Below the pieces are notes generated by a model. That model was not told the DNA's origin and did not search any database. It saw nothing but the letters and a program-made list of their open reading frames with translations. Below are positions 1-16,508 of a DNA stretch of 64,000 nucleotides, piece by piece. Every line of letters begins with the position of its first letter. Position 1 is the first letter of the stretch. This stretch comes from the human T2T-CHM13v2.0 reference genome, Homo sapiens, in the NCBI RefSeq assembly GCF_009914755.1, contig NC_060928.1, one strand, 5' to 3'. The translations under genes and the position numbers were made by a program.

Positions 1-473
1 ACTCAAACAACTCAACAAGAAAAACATTAAAAAGTGCGCAAAGGCCACGAACCAACATTTCTCAAAAAAAGAAATATAAGTGGCCAAGAAACACATGAAA
101 AATGCTCTACATCACTAATCATCAGAGAAATACAAATTTAAACCACATTGAAAGTTTTTATGTGCTGGTTTCTGAGGCTCTACAAAATTAAAGGTAAGAT
201 GTTCTTCTAGGAGTGAGAAAAAAGGGAGAAGAGTTGAATGTCTGCAGAGAATAAGAAATAGTAACAATAAACGTAGTAGAAAATAGAAGAAAGAACTGAC
301 CAAAGACATATAGAAGAATTGATGGGGAGCATCAGTCTCTGAAATTGTGGATTTTGTTTTTATTCAGTAGGATGTGGCAACCTGGAAGCAGGCACACAAA
401 AAATGAAAAAGTATCAGATGACTTTCATGAGAATTGAAGTTTTTATCTAAATAATAGGCAAGGAAGGTGAAGA

Positions 474-710
474 CAGGACTTGGCAAATTTTTCCATAAAG
501 GGTCAGATGGTAGACATAAAATAATAAAATAATAATAAAAGGCTTTGTAGACTATACAATCTCTGCTACAAGTCCTCAACTCTACCGTCGTAGTGTAAAA
601 GCAGTCATAGACAGTATGTACATGAATGGGCATACCTGCGTTATTTATAAAAACAGGTGTTAGGCTGGCTTTGACTTGTTACAGGGCTATAATTTACCAA
701 CCCCTGGTTT
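474..710. mobile_element. MER58A-like hAT MITE (second copy at ~30897-31125)
   Basis: caggacttggcaaatttttccataaagggtcagat...tttaccaacccctg terminal pattern. Confidence 0.65.
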
Positions 711-810
711 AAGACAAGAAAGTGAAGATAAAAGGAGGGACTGATAACAGAGAAATCAATAGGCTTGAACTCTGAAGAGTTGAAGAACTAGAGGCTAAAA
801 TGAAATTTTA

Positions 811-951
<141 letters not shown>

Positions 952-2505
952 CTAAAATTTTTTTTTAAAAAAAAAGCAGAAATGTAAGTTAATACTATAA
1001 TGTACTTTAATCTTTCCACATAATCACAAAGTTTTATAGATAACAATAATCCAAAGAAAACATTATCAGAAATTACATAGGCCCAAGGCCAACAGGCCAG
1101 TATGTCCCTAAGGATCATAATATTTAAAACAGATTTATAGTATTTCCTCCGTCTCTCAGTTGCTGGTATAATTGCATCTGCAAGTGGGTGGTATATGCAG
1201 ACATACTCATCTTCCAAGTTCAGTCAGGGAATAAATTCACATTCACTTTTAGAGTTTCAGTGGATGTTCCCACTGTCTGTGCCCTTGTTTCTGTGTTTCC
1301 GCTGACTGCCTCAACTGTGGCTTCCGTCATTCACCGCATCCTTTGACCCGGTAACAGCACATGGATCTAAATTACTAAAAGGAACCCAGTTTTCCCTTTA
1401 TAAATGAAAGGACAAAACACTACTAAAGAAAATAAAAACCTATTTTGTCTTATTCATTCCATTAAAAAATCCTCTACCTGTCAAATCTCAAGGACCTTGA
1501 TAAAAACATGAAAAGACATCAATTCTTTAGTTTACTGGCAAGATTATACCCTGTTGGTTACAAAATATACACATAGGAATTTTTATAAATGAAGACTGTA
1601 ATAGAAATTTGCTAGTAAGATTAAAGATCCCTTAGGCACTATCTCTCCCAAAAAGCCTCAGAATTGCCTGATTCTAAATGGAACTGTAGAAGTTCCCTAA
1701 AATTATTTGCTTTAAATTCAAACTAAAAGGGATACAGAGACCATCATCCCAAGAATCAGATTATCATTATTATCTAAGATTTCAGGTTATCTAAGCTTAT
1801 TTCCTTTAATTTTATATAGATAATTACAAACAAACTTATTTACAGCTAAGCATTAGAGAAATTCCAATATTTTCCTTCTAGTACTAATTAGTTTATTCAG
1901 AAATAACCTGGCCTAACTTTATCTTAAAAAAAAAAATCAATAAATGAAGTCCAACAACATTTCACTGCCCCAAATACTAATACTACTAAGAAAATATAAG
2001 AATAACCACAATTGTTAATCTTACATACTGGTCATAGGTGACAAACACTTTCTAGCTAATATATACACACACAACATACACATATATACATACATACCAC
2101 ATGAATAATATACCATAACGAATTCCATTTTATAGATAAGTAAATTGAAACACAGAGTTTAAACTTGCACAAACTCATGGTTTCTATATGGTAAAGATTG
2201 TATTAGAACTCATGCTACTAATCATTTTTTATGTGCAAATTATGATAACAATTGAATGGCATTTATTTTCAAATATAACCCCATCTACTTCACGGTTCTC
2301 TTCTTTCAAATACCTTCTCTTACTCTGAGCAATCTCCTAAGTAACTTTCCTATAGAGGTTCTGTTCTTTCCCAGTCTTCCCGTTACTGCTTCTTTTTTTC
2401 TATTAACAGGCATTCATTCATACAGTAAAACATTTATTGAGTACCTACTTTGGGCCAGTAACAGAGATTTATAGGAAACAGTCAATACCATGGAGAGTGT
2501 CATGT

Positions 2506-2608
2506 TAATAAATGGTATGGCATTTGTGACAAATGCAATAAAGGTAATAAGAATTATTATTATTATAATAAATGGCATGGCATTTGTGACAAATGCAATA
2601 AAGGTAAT
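2506..2608. repeat. 43-bp direct duplication (period 60) at an L1 tail
   Basis: taataaatgg(t/c)atggcatttgtgacaaatgcaataaaggtaat present twice. Confidence 0.93.
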
Positions 2609-2609
2609 T

Positions 2610-2884
2610 ATTATGATACTTTTAAGTTTTAGGGTACATGTGCATAACGTGCAGGTTTGTTACATATGTATACATGTGTCATGTTGCTGTGCTGCACCCA
2701 TTAACTCGTCATTTAGCATTAGGTATATCTCCTAATGCTATCCCTCCCCCCTCCCCCCACCCGACAACAGTCCCCAGTGTGTGATGTTCCCCTTCCTGTG
2801 TGCGTGTTGTCACTGTTCAATTCCTATGAGTGAGAACATGTGGTGTTTGGTTTTTTGTCCTTGAGATAGTTTGCTGAGAATGAT
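2610..2884 (-). mobile_element. Short L1PA 3'-end fragment
   Basis: atactttaagttttagggtacatgtgc...gatagtttgctgagaatgat is the reverse complement of the L1PA 3'UTR. Confidence 0.9.
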
Positions 2885-3169
2885 AATCTTAACGTGCTGG
2901 GGAAACCAGGATGGGACACCCAGGTATAATCAGAATCAAACAACCTACTGCAGAATCAGAAAATATCTGAGAGGTTCCTCCTTGCTAATGCAGAAATCCC
3001 ATCTCATAATTTTGCTTATCCCTACTCCCACTCCCAAGAGAACAAATGCGACAAGCTAGAAGTCCCATTGGCCTAAAGGAAAACATCTAGATTCTACCAC
3101 AAACTATCTTGATTAAACTATCCAGATCTGTTTCTTCAGCTATTAAGAAAGGCTTAAATAGGAAGATGT

Positions 3170-3459
3170 TTTTTTCTTTCTTTTTTTTTTCAGACAGAGT
3201 CTCCCTCTGTCTACCAGGCTGGAGTGCAGTGGCTCACTGCAAGCTCCGCCTCCTGGGTTCAAGCGATTCTCCCGCCTCAGCCTCCCAAGTGGCTGGAACT
3301 ACAGGCGCCCACCACCACCCTAGCTAATGTTTTTGTATTTTTAGTATAGACGGGTTTTCACCATGTTAGCCAGGATGGTCTCAATCTCCTGACCTCGTGA
3401 TCCACCTGCCTCGGCCTCCGACAGTGCTGGGATTACAAGCGTGAGCCACTGCGCCGGCC
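3170..3459 (-). mobile_element. Alu (AluSc/Y-like)
   Basis: Full antisense Alu with T tail. Confidence 0.9.
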
Positions 3460-4430
3460 AATAAGAGGATCTTTAGACACATTCTAGCCCTAAAATGCTG
3501 AGATTGTTAGTGCTCATTTACAATCTGCATGAATGCTACCAGTGAACATGAAGCCCACATACTTATGACCTACTTATGACAATTTTGATGAGCATTAATT
3601 TTTTTTAAGTCATTCCTCACACAGAGACAAAGACTGTCTTGACATTAACTTAGTTGTGGTGACTATTTCTGTTGGTTGGTTGGTCCTCAGAACTCCAATT
3701 TCAACATTACCTAGCAATATGGTTCCATATGTTGAGAAATTAAGTACCCAAGTGGAAAATTCTTAAACTCTACAATATTGTTATGTTTAGGGCCAATTCT
3801 TCATGATTTCCTTACCAGCAAAAATACCAGACTGGTTCTCTTTATTTCCAACCTTTAATACTCTGCATCTACAGGCCTTAGTTTTTACTACAAAAAGACA
3901 CACTAACTCACCTCTAATTTAACTTGAAAATACAGTATAACTTCAACAGGAAAGGAAATCTTGACAAATTTAAGCTTTGGTTATGCCCTCTTGTGGAGTC
4001 TTATGTGTGTAACTATTAACAGACAAATAACTAGAAAAGAACAAACACTGGAGAAGAAATATTAAGAAGCAGAAGTTCAAAATCTTAATATTGGTTTCAC
4101 AAAAATGACAAAAGATTAGCTTCCAGACTTTAGAAATAGTTTTGGCAACTAAATAAGAAAAAGGGCAACCCAACTAAAATGGGTTGAAGATATGAACAGG
4201 TAATTAAAAGAAGGGGAAACATGAATGACTTATAAATTAAGAAAAGATACCTAGTCTGATCAGAAAAATACTAGTTAAAATCACAATAAGATACTATTTC
4301 AAAAACCTAAAAATCTTATAATCTAAAATATTAGTAAGGATATACGGTACTGGAACCCTATATACTGCTGGCAGGAGTATAAATTGTCACAACTTCTTTT
4401 ATAACAATCTGGAAATACTTAGTAAAGTAA

Positions 4431-4547
4431 AATAGTTATACAACTCATAATTTGACTAACAGGTATATAAGTATATATACTATCTATAGAATAGTTATAC
4501 AACTCAAAATTTGACTAACAGGTATATAAGTATATTTACTATCTATA
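4431..4547. repeat. 59-bp-period tandem duplication in an old L1M
   Basis: aatagttatacaactca(t/a)aatttgactaacaggtatataagtatat(a/t)tactatctata present twice. Confidence 0.93.
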
Positions 4548-6487
4548 CAGAAAACTTTAGCATGGACCCAAGAAAGCTACAAACAACCTATCAACAGGAA
4601 AACAGTATTATAGAAAAGATGATTATAAAGCTATAAAAATGAATAAATCAGAATACACATATTATTGTTATACCCTAAAACAAATCCTTCTCATTTTCAT
4701 GCAGGTGTTTGTGATTATTACCTTACAATCTATAAGTAATGGCCAATACATTTCTAATCACCACACTCTGGTCCTTAGGTCTCTTAAAAAATCCCTGAAT
4801 CATACAAAGCCATATATACAGGTGGTTCTTAAGAATATCTTCCTGATTAACCAGCATTCCTATCACAAGTCGAAGGAAGACCTTTGACTTTCCCACTACC
4901 ATCACTTTTTTTTTTTTTTTTAAGAGAGGGTTTCACTCTGCCACCCAGGCTGAAGAACAGTGGTGTGACCATAGCTCACTGCAACCTTAAACTCCTGGCC
5001 TCAACTGATCCTCTTGTCTTGGGCTCCCAAAGAACTGGAATTACAGGGATGAGCCATCACCTATGCTTTCCCAGCTTTAATTTGGAGCAAAAGCCTCTAC
5101 CAGTGTTTTTACTACTAGTAGCTAACATCAGTAGCAATCATCATCATTGAGTTAATATTATTAAGAACTCACTATGGGGCCAAACACCTCTGATCAACTC
5201 ATTCAATACTCACAATAACCTTGTAGGGTAGGTAGTATGATCATACAGATAAACAAACAGGCCTAGAGAGATTTAGTCACTTGTCTCAGGTTATAAAGCT
5301 AATAAGTAGGACTATATATTTGATTGGGGAGGTCAATGAACCAAATTTATAATTAAGCACAAAATAAACATATCAATACTACATTAAGACTGAAGAAATT
5401 TTGAATTTAAACTGAATCTAGTCTTTTAATATTTTCCAGACAGGTATTCTAAATATTCACTCAATGAGATGTAACACTGAAATAACCCATTACATGTGGG
5501 CAATATGAATAAACTGGTGGGAAGACGAGATGAATTTTTGCCCAGGGAAGCTCAAACTTTGAGGAAGGCATTATTAGGAGTGCGGGAGATGCTATTCAGG
5601 CTAACGGTCTAGACAGCTGAAGGTCTGAATAATGATGGTATACTGATGAATCACAAGCTAAGTGGATAGACTACTACTTAAACAGTATTCTGCTGCTTAA
5701 ATGTTCTTCTAAGTACACAGTTGGCTCAGTAACTGCTCTGAACAAGTTTCTTGCTGTTACAAGACGAATCATAGAACAGCTAAAGTATCCACACACGCCT
5801 ATGAAACAAATGTGACACACATACACAATGCATTAATTTATTCATTTCACAGTTATTGAACACCTACTCCGTGGCAGGCATTAAGCTGGGTAGTCAGAAT
5901 GTATCAGTGAACAAAAGAGACAGAATACCTGCCCTCATGAAGTCTGCATTCTAGCTGGGAGAAATTAACAATAAACATAATAAATAAATTATACAGCAGG
6001 TTACAATTTGGCAGGTGTTATAGAAAAGGGAAATAAAGTATGAGAGGGGGAATGGGAGTAGGGTTAAAAGTTTTAAAGGATGATTGGCAGATACTATGAA
6101 GAAGATGAGTTAAAGGCAACCTAAGGAAGCCATGTGCATACCTGGAAAGGAGTGTTCCCAGGAAAGGACACAGTGAAGGTGAGGGCTTGAGACATCAGTG
6201 TGCTTTGAGCACCAGAGTGCCAGTGTGGAAGTGAAGAAGCAGAAGGCAGAAGGAGAGTTGGAGATGAGATTAAAAAGATAAATGGGACCAGGGGCTGGCT
6301 TTCATTTTAACAGGGTCATGTCTGAACATCAACCATCAAGCAGAAAAAAAAAAAAAAAAAAAATCAGGTAGAGCTATTCCATAAGCTATCCCATAAGCAA
6401 TTGGCATGATTTCAGCATTCTTAAAAACATCATTCAATTTAGTTATTTTCTTTGATAAATAACTAACTTATATGCAATTTATGGTGT

Positions 6488-6490
<3 letters not shown>

Positions 6491-6525
<35 letters not shown>

Positions 6526-6553
6526 TCTCTCTCTCTTTTTCTCTCTCTCTCTC
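6491..6553. repeat. (CA)n(CT)n microsatellite
   Basis: Read directly from the sequence. Confidence 0.95.
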
Positions 6554-9246
6554 CAAGATCAGTCAGGTTTAAAAAAGTAGTACAGATCTCTAATTGAAAA
6601 TGGCAGACAGAATGCAGGTCTATTTCCTCTTTCACTTCCATTCTAGCCACACTGGCTTCCTTTTTGATACTCACACATGCTAGGCCTATTTCCACCTCAG
6701 GACCTTTATACTTGCTGTTTCTTGTTGGACTGCTCTTCCTCTAGATGTCCACACTACTTGTTCCCTCACTTCCTTTAGATCTTTACTCAAATAACACCTT
6801 TTCACTGAGATCGTCTCCCTGTCTAAATTGCAACAATCCTAATATCCCCTAGTCCCATTCCCTGCTTAACTTTTCTTTGACATACTTACCACCACCTGAC
6901 ATTTTACTTGGGGTTTATTTTGTTTATTGTCTGTTTATCTGACTAAAATAAAAGCTCCAGAGAAATATCTGTCACTTTTTATCACTGCTTTACCTGCAGT
7001 ACTTACAAGAACACCTTGCAAATATACAGGCCTTTAATAAATATGTATTGAATGAATGAACAGTTTGGTGAAGGCCTGGTGAGGACACAATGAGGTAAGT
7101 TAGAAACACTGAAGAAGACTTTGTGGTGGATAGACGTGAGAAAGGGGGAATGCTGCAAAATGAGGATAGAGAAGTAAGCGGAGGCCAGATCACACAGGGT
7201 TGAGTAGCAATGTTAAGAATTTTGTATTTTATCTTTTAAGCAACAGGAGACCATTAAGGTGTTCTTGTACAAGAAAAGCATCTGCAAATTTGTGTTTTAA
7301 AAATATCAATTTGGATATTGGATGGAGTATGAAACTTAGGTAGGCAATGGTGAATGCAGGGTGAATAATGAATTAAGGGACTACCACAGTCTAATTCTGT
7401 TTTATTAGTAGAAGAACTACCGTACCTGCCAGATTAATACCACTGCAGAACATCTGGAAATCCAGACACATCCAGAGGAGCACAGAAGTTTGGCAGGACT
7501 TTAAATGGAAAACTACAGAAGCTTCTTTTGTTTTTACCTCCGTTCCTCCCCTTCTCTCTTTCCTGTCAATAGGTTTGCTTTTTTATTTTTTTCATAATTT
7601 TAAATTAGTAGATGAATTAGTAGTGCCTATTATACCACATCATAACCAGCAGTTTAGTTCTTGATTGCCCCAATCAGACTAAAAACAACTTTAGGGAAAG
7701 AACCATACGATAATAAAAGTACCAGTCTTAATTATAACAATAATTGATTACTACATGTTACACACTATTCAAATGCAGTAACTCATTTAATCTCAACACA
7801 AAGATAAGAAGTAGATATTTTATGTTCTCCATTTTACAGATGAAGAAAATGAGGAAAAGTATCTTTCCCAAGGCCCAAGGTCACATTACTAGAAAGTGAC
7901 AATCTCACTCCCAAACCCACATTTTCCAGTCACTTACTATGAGGCCTTGATGTCACATCTATATCCCATCTGTCTTTATATACCCAACACCTAATATCCT
8001 GCCTAGCACATAAATCCTTAATAAATGTTTAAAGAAATAAATACATGCACCTTAGTTTATTCTCTAGCTCCTCTACTTACGTCTCTGTTTTTGTCTGTCT
8101 CTAATTCATTGGCTTCTTCAGCATTACCCTCATCCACACATTTCCTACAGGCTGCATCCCCTAAGCTTTACAGAACTTTTTCAACCTTTTGCTGTTGGGT
8201 CAAACAGCATACCTATTTAAGTACCTGGAGAGTTAGAAAACCTGCTTTCATGGTTTCCACAGGCATTCTCATTCTTAGCATATCACTTTAGAAGTGCCCA
8301 TTTTAACCAAGAATGTATCCATGTGGGTGATCTAACTGAATCAGAGACAGCCTGACTCTTTAGAAAACAATTTTTTTTTTAAATTTTCCTGTGAATGTTT
8401 ATTCTACACGGGCAGCTGCTTTTTCATGTTGGATAAAACAAGACCTCTCTTCTCAGATATTTCCCCAATACCATCTTGAAATTTCATGCAAAATATTAAA
8501 ATAAATAAAAATATAAAAATTAAATTTCCAGACAGATGGTCTATGGTTTTTATAAACATAAAGGCAGATGGTTCTCTGTGTCCCCAAAACCTAGAATTTT
8601 GATTCAGCATATTCTGAGTTTTACTCACTAAATAATCTGGAAGAGTTACCTCTTCCTGGGAATGAGGAAACATGAGAGAAAACCAAAAGAGGTAAAGAAA
8701 GGAAGAAAAGCAAATAGTTGTTATTCTCCAACAGGAATGCTACCTTATCATTATTTAGCTCTTGTTTTCTCTGCTTTCTACTTAAAAATTATTAACTCAT
8801 AACAGTAAATAAGTTGTGCAATTCAATTTACAATGAGTTCCAGGAAAAAGTTAATAATTTAACACATTCATCTGTTAAAGTTTAAAATATAAAATTTGTG
8901 CTATCATATATGAATGTGTATAAAAGCATAACTTGTCATGTTCAAAGGAATGACTGTAGATAAAGCCTCGCTTAAAAGTTTTTCACTGACACTTAATAGG
9001 CAAGACCAGAAAAAAAAAATGTATTCAAAATGTCAAATGTGAACATTCCATATGCCTGACTCCAAGAACTTGAGTATAGACATATATATGGTTTAAAACA
9101 AAATTTATTGATATACTAAAACTCCATCCACGTTAATAAATTCCAAATTTACAAACCTCTCCAAATGACATGTCCTCAGAACCAATTTAAATTCAGTAGT
9201 TCACAGGATTTATAAGGCAATTTTTTCAGAAGACAGGAACATTTTA

Positions 9247-9387
<141 letters not shown>

Positions 9388-9769
9388 CTAAGCAAATCAC
9401 AGAAGGAAGAAAAGGAGATGGGATAAGAAATAATTAATTCTATGTCCAAATAGTACTTTTAAAAATCTGCTATTTTCAGACTAAACATTCATATTTCAAC
9501 TTAATGATCAAAGATGCTTTAAAAGAAATTAAGCCAGCTCTTATTACTAATTTATAGCACTATATGAGAAAAATTGTTTGGAAAGGAAACACCAGATCAT
9601 ATATTTAGTCACTCTATTATTTATGTACTCCATTATTTCTAACACAAATAATAAAATGATTGAGATGGCAAGAGGATAAAGATTAATCAACTTGCCTTTT
9701 GTTACTAATCTCAGGCTTTATTATCATCAATATTATGATAATAAAACTAACTCAAAGATTCCTACCATA

Positions 9770-10930
<1,161 letters not shown>

Positions 10931-11820
10931 CAAAGTTAGTTTTCTATCATGTATATTCACATTGCTATCTTTAAAACCTATGTATATAGGAAACAAAAAA
11001 ATAAGCCATGTTGAATGAAGAAACACTGCTTAAGTTAGGTAGATTCTCATAGATCCTTGCATCCTCCACCTAACTGAGGTAGACTAGCAAGAATGATGAA
11101 ACATTATACATGAAACAACACCAAAAGAATAATCTAATATCTTTACCTTTTCCTACTAAAGTGTTAACAAAAAATACTGCCAGGACCTGGTGATAGTACT
11201 GACAATTCTCTTCCAAATATAAATTCTGAAAAATATACACCTACATAATAATGCCTAATTTAAATACTTAAAATAATATTTGCTATCACACCCAAAGTTA
11301 TAGAAGGTTTATATAACTAAACAAAGTAACGTAAATTAAATTTCACTTAGAACTATAAGGAAGCTTATATATAAGCTTCTATAGCTAACTGAAGAAAGAA
11401 CAAGAAAATTCTGAATAGCAAAAAGGAAGTTCTTATAGGTTCATTTCCCGGAAAAATTTAAAAAAAAAAAAAAAGCTAACCAGAAAAATAGCAGATGCTC
11501 TGTGATAGTCATAAATTGAGTTAACCAGGAAATGATTTATTTCCTGGTAGAATAAAATCTAAAGGAGAATTGAGTCCTAATAAATTAAAATTGCCATCAG
11601 CCCCAAATAAAAGTTTCAGTTCCATCTATGAACCAAATATATCTCAGAATCTACTTAAACAACCTTTAAAAGTATTTGCCATTTTCAAAGGAGAAAAAAA
11701 GAAAATTAATATGTATATAACAAACTGACAGGCAAAATTGAAAAAAAAACTCTCTATAAAACTATAACGTATATACTTAGCTTTGAGTATTTTTCTGAAC
11801 TATCTCAAATTTAAAATATT

Positions 11821-12123
<303 letters not shown>

Positions 12124-12175
12124 TTAAAATATTATGCCAAACAACTTGCAACAAAGTTTTATATCATTATAATCA

Positions 12176-12268
<93 letters not shown>

Positions 12269-13023
12269 TTAAAAACAAAACAAAGAGAGAACATTAAAAA
12301 TTTTACCTTTTATTTTTTCCGTTACCTCCCTTATAAGAATACCTTAGATGTTTTCCCCCGACAAAAAAAATGTTGAGTCTCCATCATACATCTACCTATG
12401 CCTTAAATTTTTTCTAGAAATTAGAGTTGTCTAAAACACAGCCAAATTTAGGCCACCATGTCACTTGAGCACTTACACACAGTGTCAGAGGTTACGAGTC
12501 TGAGAATATCTTTGATGTGTAGTGACAAAACTAGAATGGAGTCAAGAAATGTGTTTCAATTTTTATTTTCCAACTAAAATAGAAGTGAGAGAACCAGTCC
12601 CTCATGTAAGGATTCAGTCTCACTTTTCCAATCTGTAAAGTAAGTGTGATCATCTCTGTCCCACTCACCACATGAGGTTGTTACAAAGATCAATGACAAT
12701 ATACAGAAAATTATGAAGTAAAATATATTTTAAAATGATAAAATAATAATTAAATCCAAGTTACAATCACAGTGTAAAATTCAGGATGTAAGTACAGCTA
12801 TTACAGAGTTCACAAAGAGCTACACTAAATATTCCAGACTTAGCTTGCATATCTGGTGAGTTCAGACTCCCTAAAGTTACAAACTCACTATGGCTTCACT
12901 TTTTTTTTTTAATTTCTGAACTTTGTAGAATGCATAAACCAAAGGAGACCCTAGGTCAATGATGAGTAAAAATAATTCCCTACAGTTTGCCTTACAAAGA
13001 GAAAGTCTTAAGGTTAAAGTTGA

Positions 13024-13772
<749 letters not shown>

Positions 13773-15249
13773 AACACTTTTCTAACGATTCATGTTGATT
13801 GCATTTTTTTTAAGTATCTGTTTACAACCAATTAGAAATAAACCAGCCAAAAAACTAGTCTTTCATCCCAAATCATTTGAGAAGTGATTTAACATACTTA
13901 TTTTCGATCATGCCACACATCAATACCACCTCACCAGCTTCAACCAATTAAAAAAAAGAAAGTTTCCCAGAGCCCCGTCTCTCATCTATCTGAATTAAAT
14001 TGCTCTGGGTGGAGCCAGGGCACTGCTTATTTTTATAGGCTCTCCAAGCAATTTTAATATGCAGCCAAAGCTGGACTAAAGCATTGCTGAAGAGTATCAC
14101 AGAGGTTTTCTAGTGTAACATGGAATGCTGTTATTTCAAAGAATGCTATTTACACAATTAAATGTAGATAGATATTGAGCCATAAAAGTAATGATGATTT
14201 ATATTAAGTTTTTCTACATAAGACTAAAGGTTACAAATGGCAAAGCTGCAAGCCCATAATGAGATAAACAACAAAGCTGAGAATAAATTCTCAATAACTG
14301 CTCCTTAGAAGTATGTCTCATACCTATCTTAGCAACCTTACATACAGTCCTGCTGTTATGTTTCATTTTCTATGCTCTTTCATGAGGTACCCCTGCACCT
14401 GTTTAAATATGTCTGAAGTAGCTGTTAAAAAGAAAAACCAAAGTAAATGGCAGATGTCCACATAATTTATTCATCCCTGAAAGCCTGGCTATACGGGAAC
14501 AAATGCTTGCAGATGAATACTCAGAGGTGACCAAGAAGACCAAGCTGGTGACAATCGTTTTACACAATAACACCTACCAAAACCACTCACAGATACTTGA
14601 ATTAGGCCAAATGAACAATAAATGAGGTTTGAATTTTAAGCCTGCAAACCACATTCTCCCTCTTCATTTGCTCGTAATCACTAAGAGCTTATTTCCAACC
14701 TGCCTTTCTTCTCTCCAGCTAAGATGCATTTGTCCTGTAATTAATTTTTTAAAGCCAATGTTAGCCTGGTTTTCCTAAGATTAATGTTAATTATAAACCA
14801 ACAATGGTCTGCCAAATTTTATCTGAAAATAAAAAAGATAAAAGGAGCACAAGTCAAACCAGAAAGTTGTGTATGTGGCAAGGACTGTGAACTACTCCTT
14901 CAGTCCTTTTCTTTCTCTCCATTTTTTTCCTTGTATTTTTGTTGCAGAAGTCAAAATAGAAAAACTAATAAGATGTATGAAAAAGCAGTCAGTACATTTT
15001 ATATACATGGGGAAAAGACAGGAAGAAATCACTCTTCTTTCCTCTCTAATCCTGAAAATTTCAAATAAACTCAAATCAGACAGTCTCTAACATAAAAACT
15101 GTGTTCTAAGAATTAAATTTTAATTTGAATGTCTGGGCTCAGAATATGTTTTTCCCACTAATGTATTTCATTAACCTGAAATAACTGTTTCAGGTTAATA
15201 CACTAAGTCCCCTGGGGATCTGGAAACCCTTGTTCACTCAACATCTAGG

Positions 15250-15430
15250 GCAGTGGTTCTCAAACTTCACGTTTAGGATGCACCTAGAATACTTGTGAAA
15301 TACCTAGATTAACCAGGCCCTATCCAGCGGAGAATCTGACTTAGTAAATAGGAGATGGGGCACGGAATCTGAATTTTTAACAAGCACTCTAAGTGGTTCC
15401 AGTGTAGATGGTTCAAGAATCACACCAGCT
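15250..15430. mobile_element. MER5A-like MITE (similar pieces at ~13970 and ~27930)
   Basis: cagtggttctcaaactt...aatctgaatttttaacaagcactc. Confidence 0.65.
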
Positions 15431-15733
15431 TAGAAAAATAGAAGACAGATAGCAGGCAAAGGTTGTAGGAATTTAAAGGCCCCCACAGGTATGTTTGGAA
15501 GTAGATTCAAATGCTGGAGCTGTAAGTTTCAGTTGGGGTAGAGAATAAATGGAAATGAAGCTGGAAAGGTAAAAGGAGACAGGAAAGCAGCAGGAAAAGC
15601 TGCCTGGCATCAGAATCAGAGGGATAAAAGGACACTTGTAGCAGGAGATGGAATGACAGACATCAATCAAATGTTCTGGTCCTAAGTCAAGAACTATTAA
15701 AGGTTTGACAGCCACATATATTTGTTTAGATAT

Positions 15734-15817
15734 ATTTAGAATATATATATTTAGAATATATTCATTTTAGCATACATTTAGAATATATATATTTAGAATA
15801 TATTCATTTTAGCATAC
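15734..15817. repeat. Perfect 42-bp tandem duplication
   Basis: atttagaatatatatatttagaatatattcattttagcatac present twice. Confidence 0.95.
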
Positions 15818-16463
15818 GGTTGGTATAAGTGTTTTTCTTCTCCTCTACTCCCAAAAGATTATTGTTCCTGGGTTCTAAAACAGCCTCTCAAACCATCTTC
15901 TCTCTTATAATTTAAAGTGAAATATTTCATTTATAATGAAGTACATTTACTTTAGACCATCTACCAAGATAATTAACTTATTATTAAAATCTGGGTTCCT
16001 GTGCTAATTCTCTCAGGTTTTCCCATTGTAAAATGAAGTGGAAATGAAATACCTGCAACAGTCAAATTCATAAGACAGAAAGTAGAATAGTGCTTCCCAG
16101 GGCCTCGGGGGAGGGAGGAAATGAGAAGTTGCTCAACGTGTAGAGTTTCAGCTTGGGATGGTGAAAAAGTTCTGGAGATGGATGGTGATGAGGATTCCAC
16201 AACAATGTGAAAGAACTTAATGCCACTAAATTGTACTTTAAAAAAGTTAAAATGGTAAACCTTATGTTATGAATATTTTACCACAATAAAAAAAGTTAAA
16301 TGGCAATAGCTGCCCTAGCTGCCTTAAAGAAAAACATCGGAATGCACATGAAAGTCTTGCAGGGGTAAAAACCTTAGAATCATTTTACAAATGCAAACTA
16401 TCATCAAGGTATTTAACAGACAATATAAAAGTGATTCACAAAAATAAAAACCTTTGGATATAC

Positions 16464-16508
16464 CTCATATTCATCATTTCGTGCTTTCTTCATAGGAATG
16501 CCATTTTC
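16464..16508 (-). CDS. PPA2: PPA2 exon 3 (ENGIPMKKARNDEYE)
   Basis: TTTTATAG acceptor, GAG|GTATAT donor, 45 nt, in frame. Confidence 0.95.

Noticed and set aside
1200-1400. Slightly GC/CpG-enriched intronic patch as a possible enhancer
   Set aside because: Short motif matches alone are not sufficient evidence; chromatin data would be needed.
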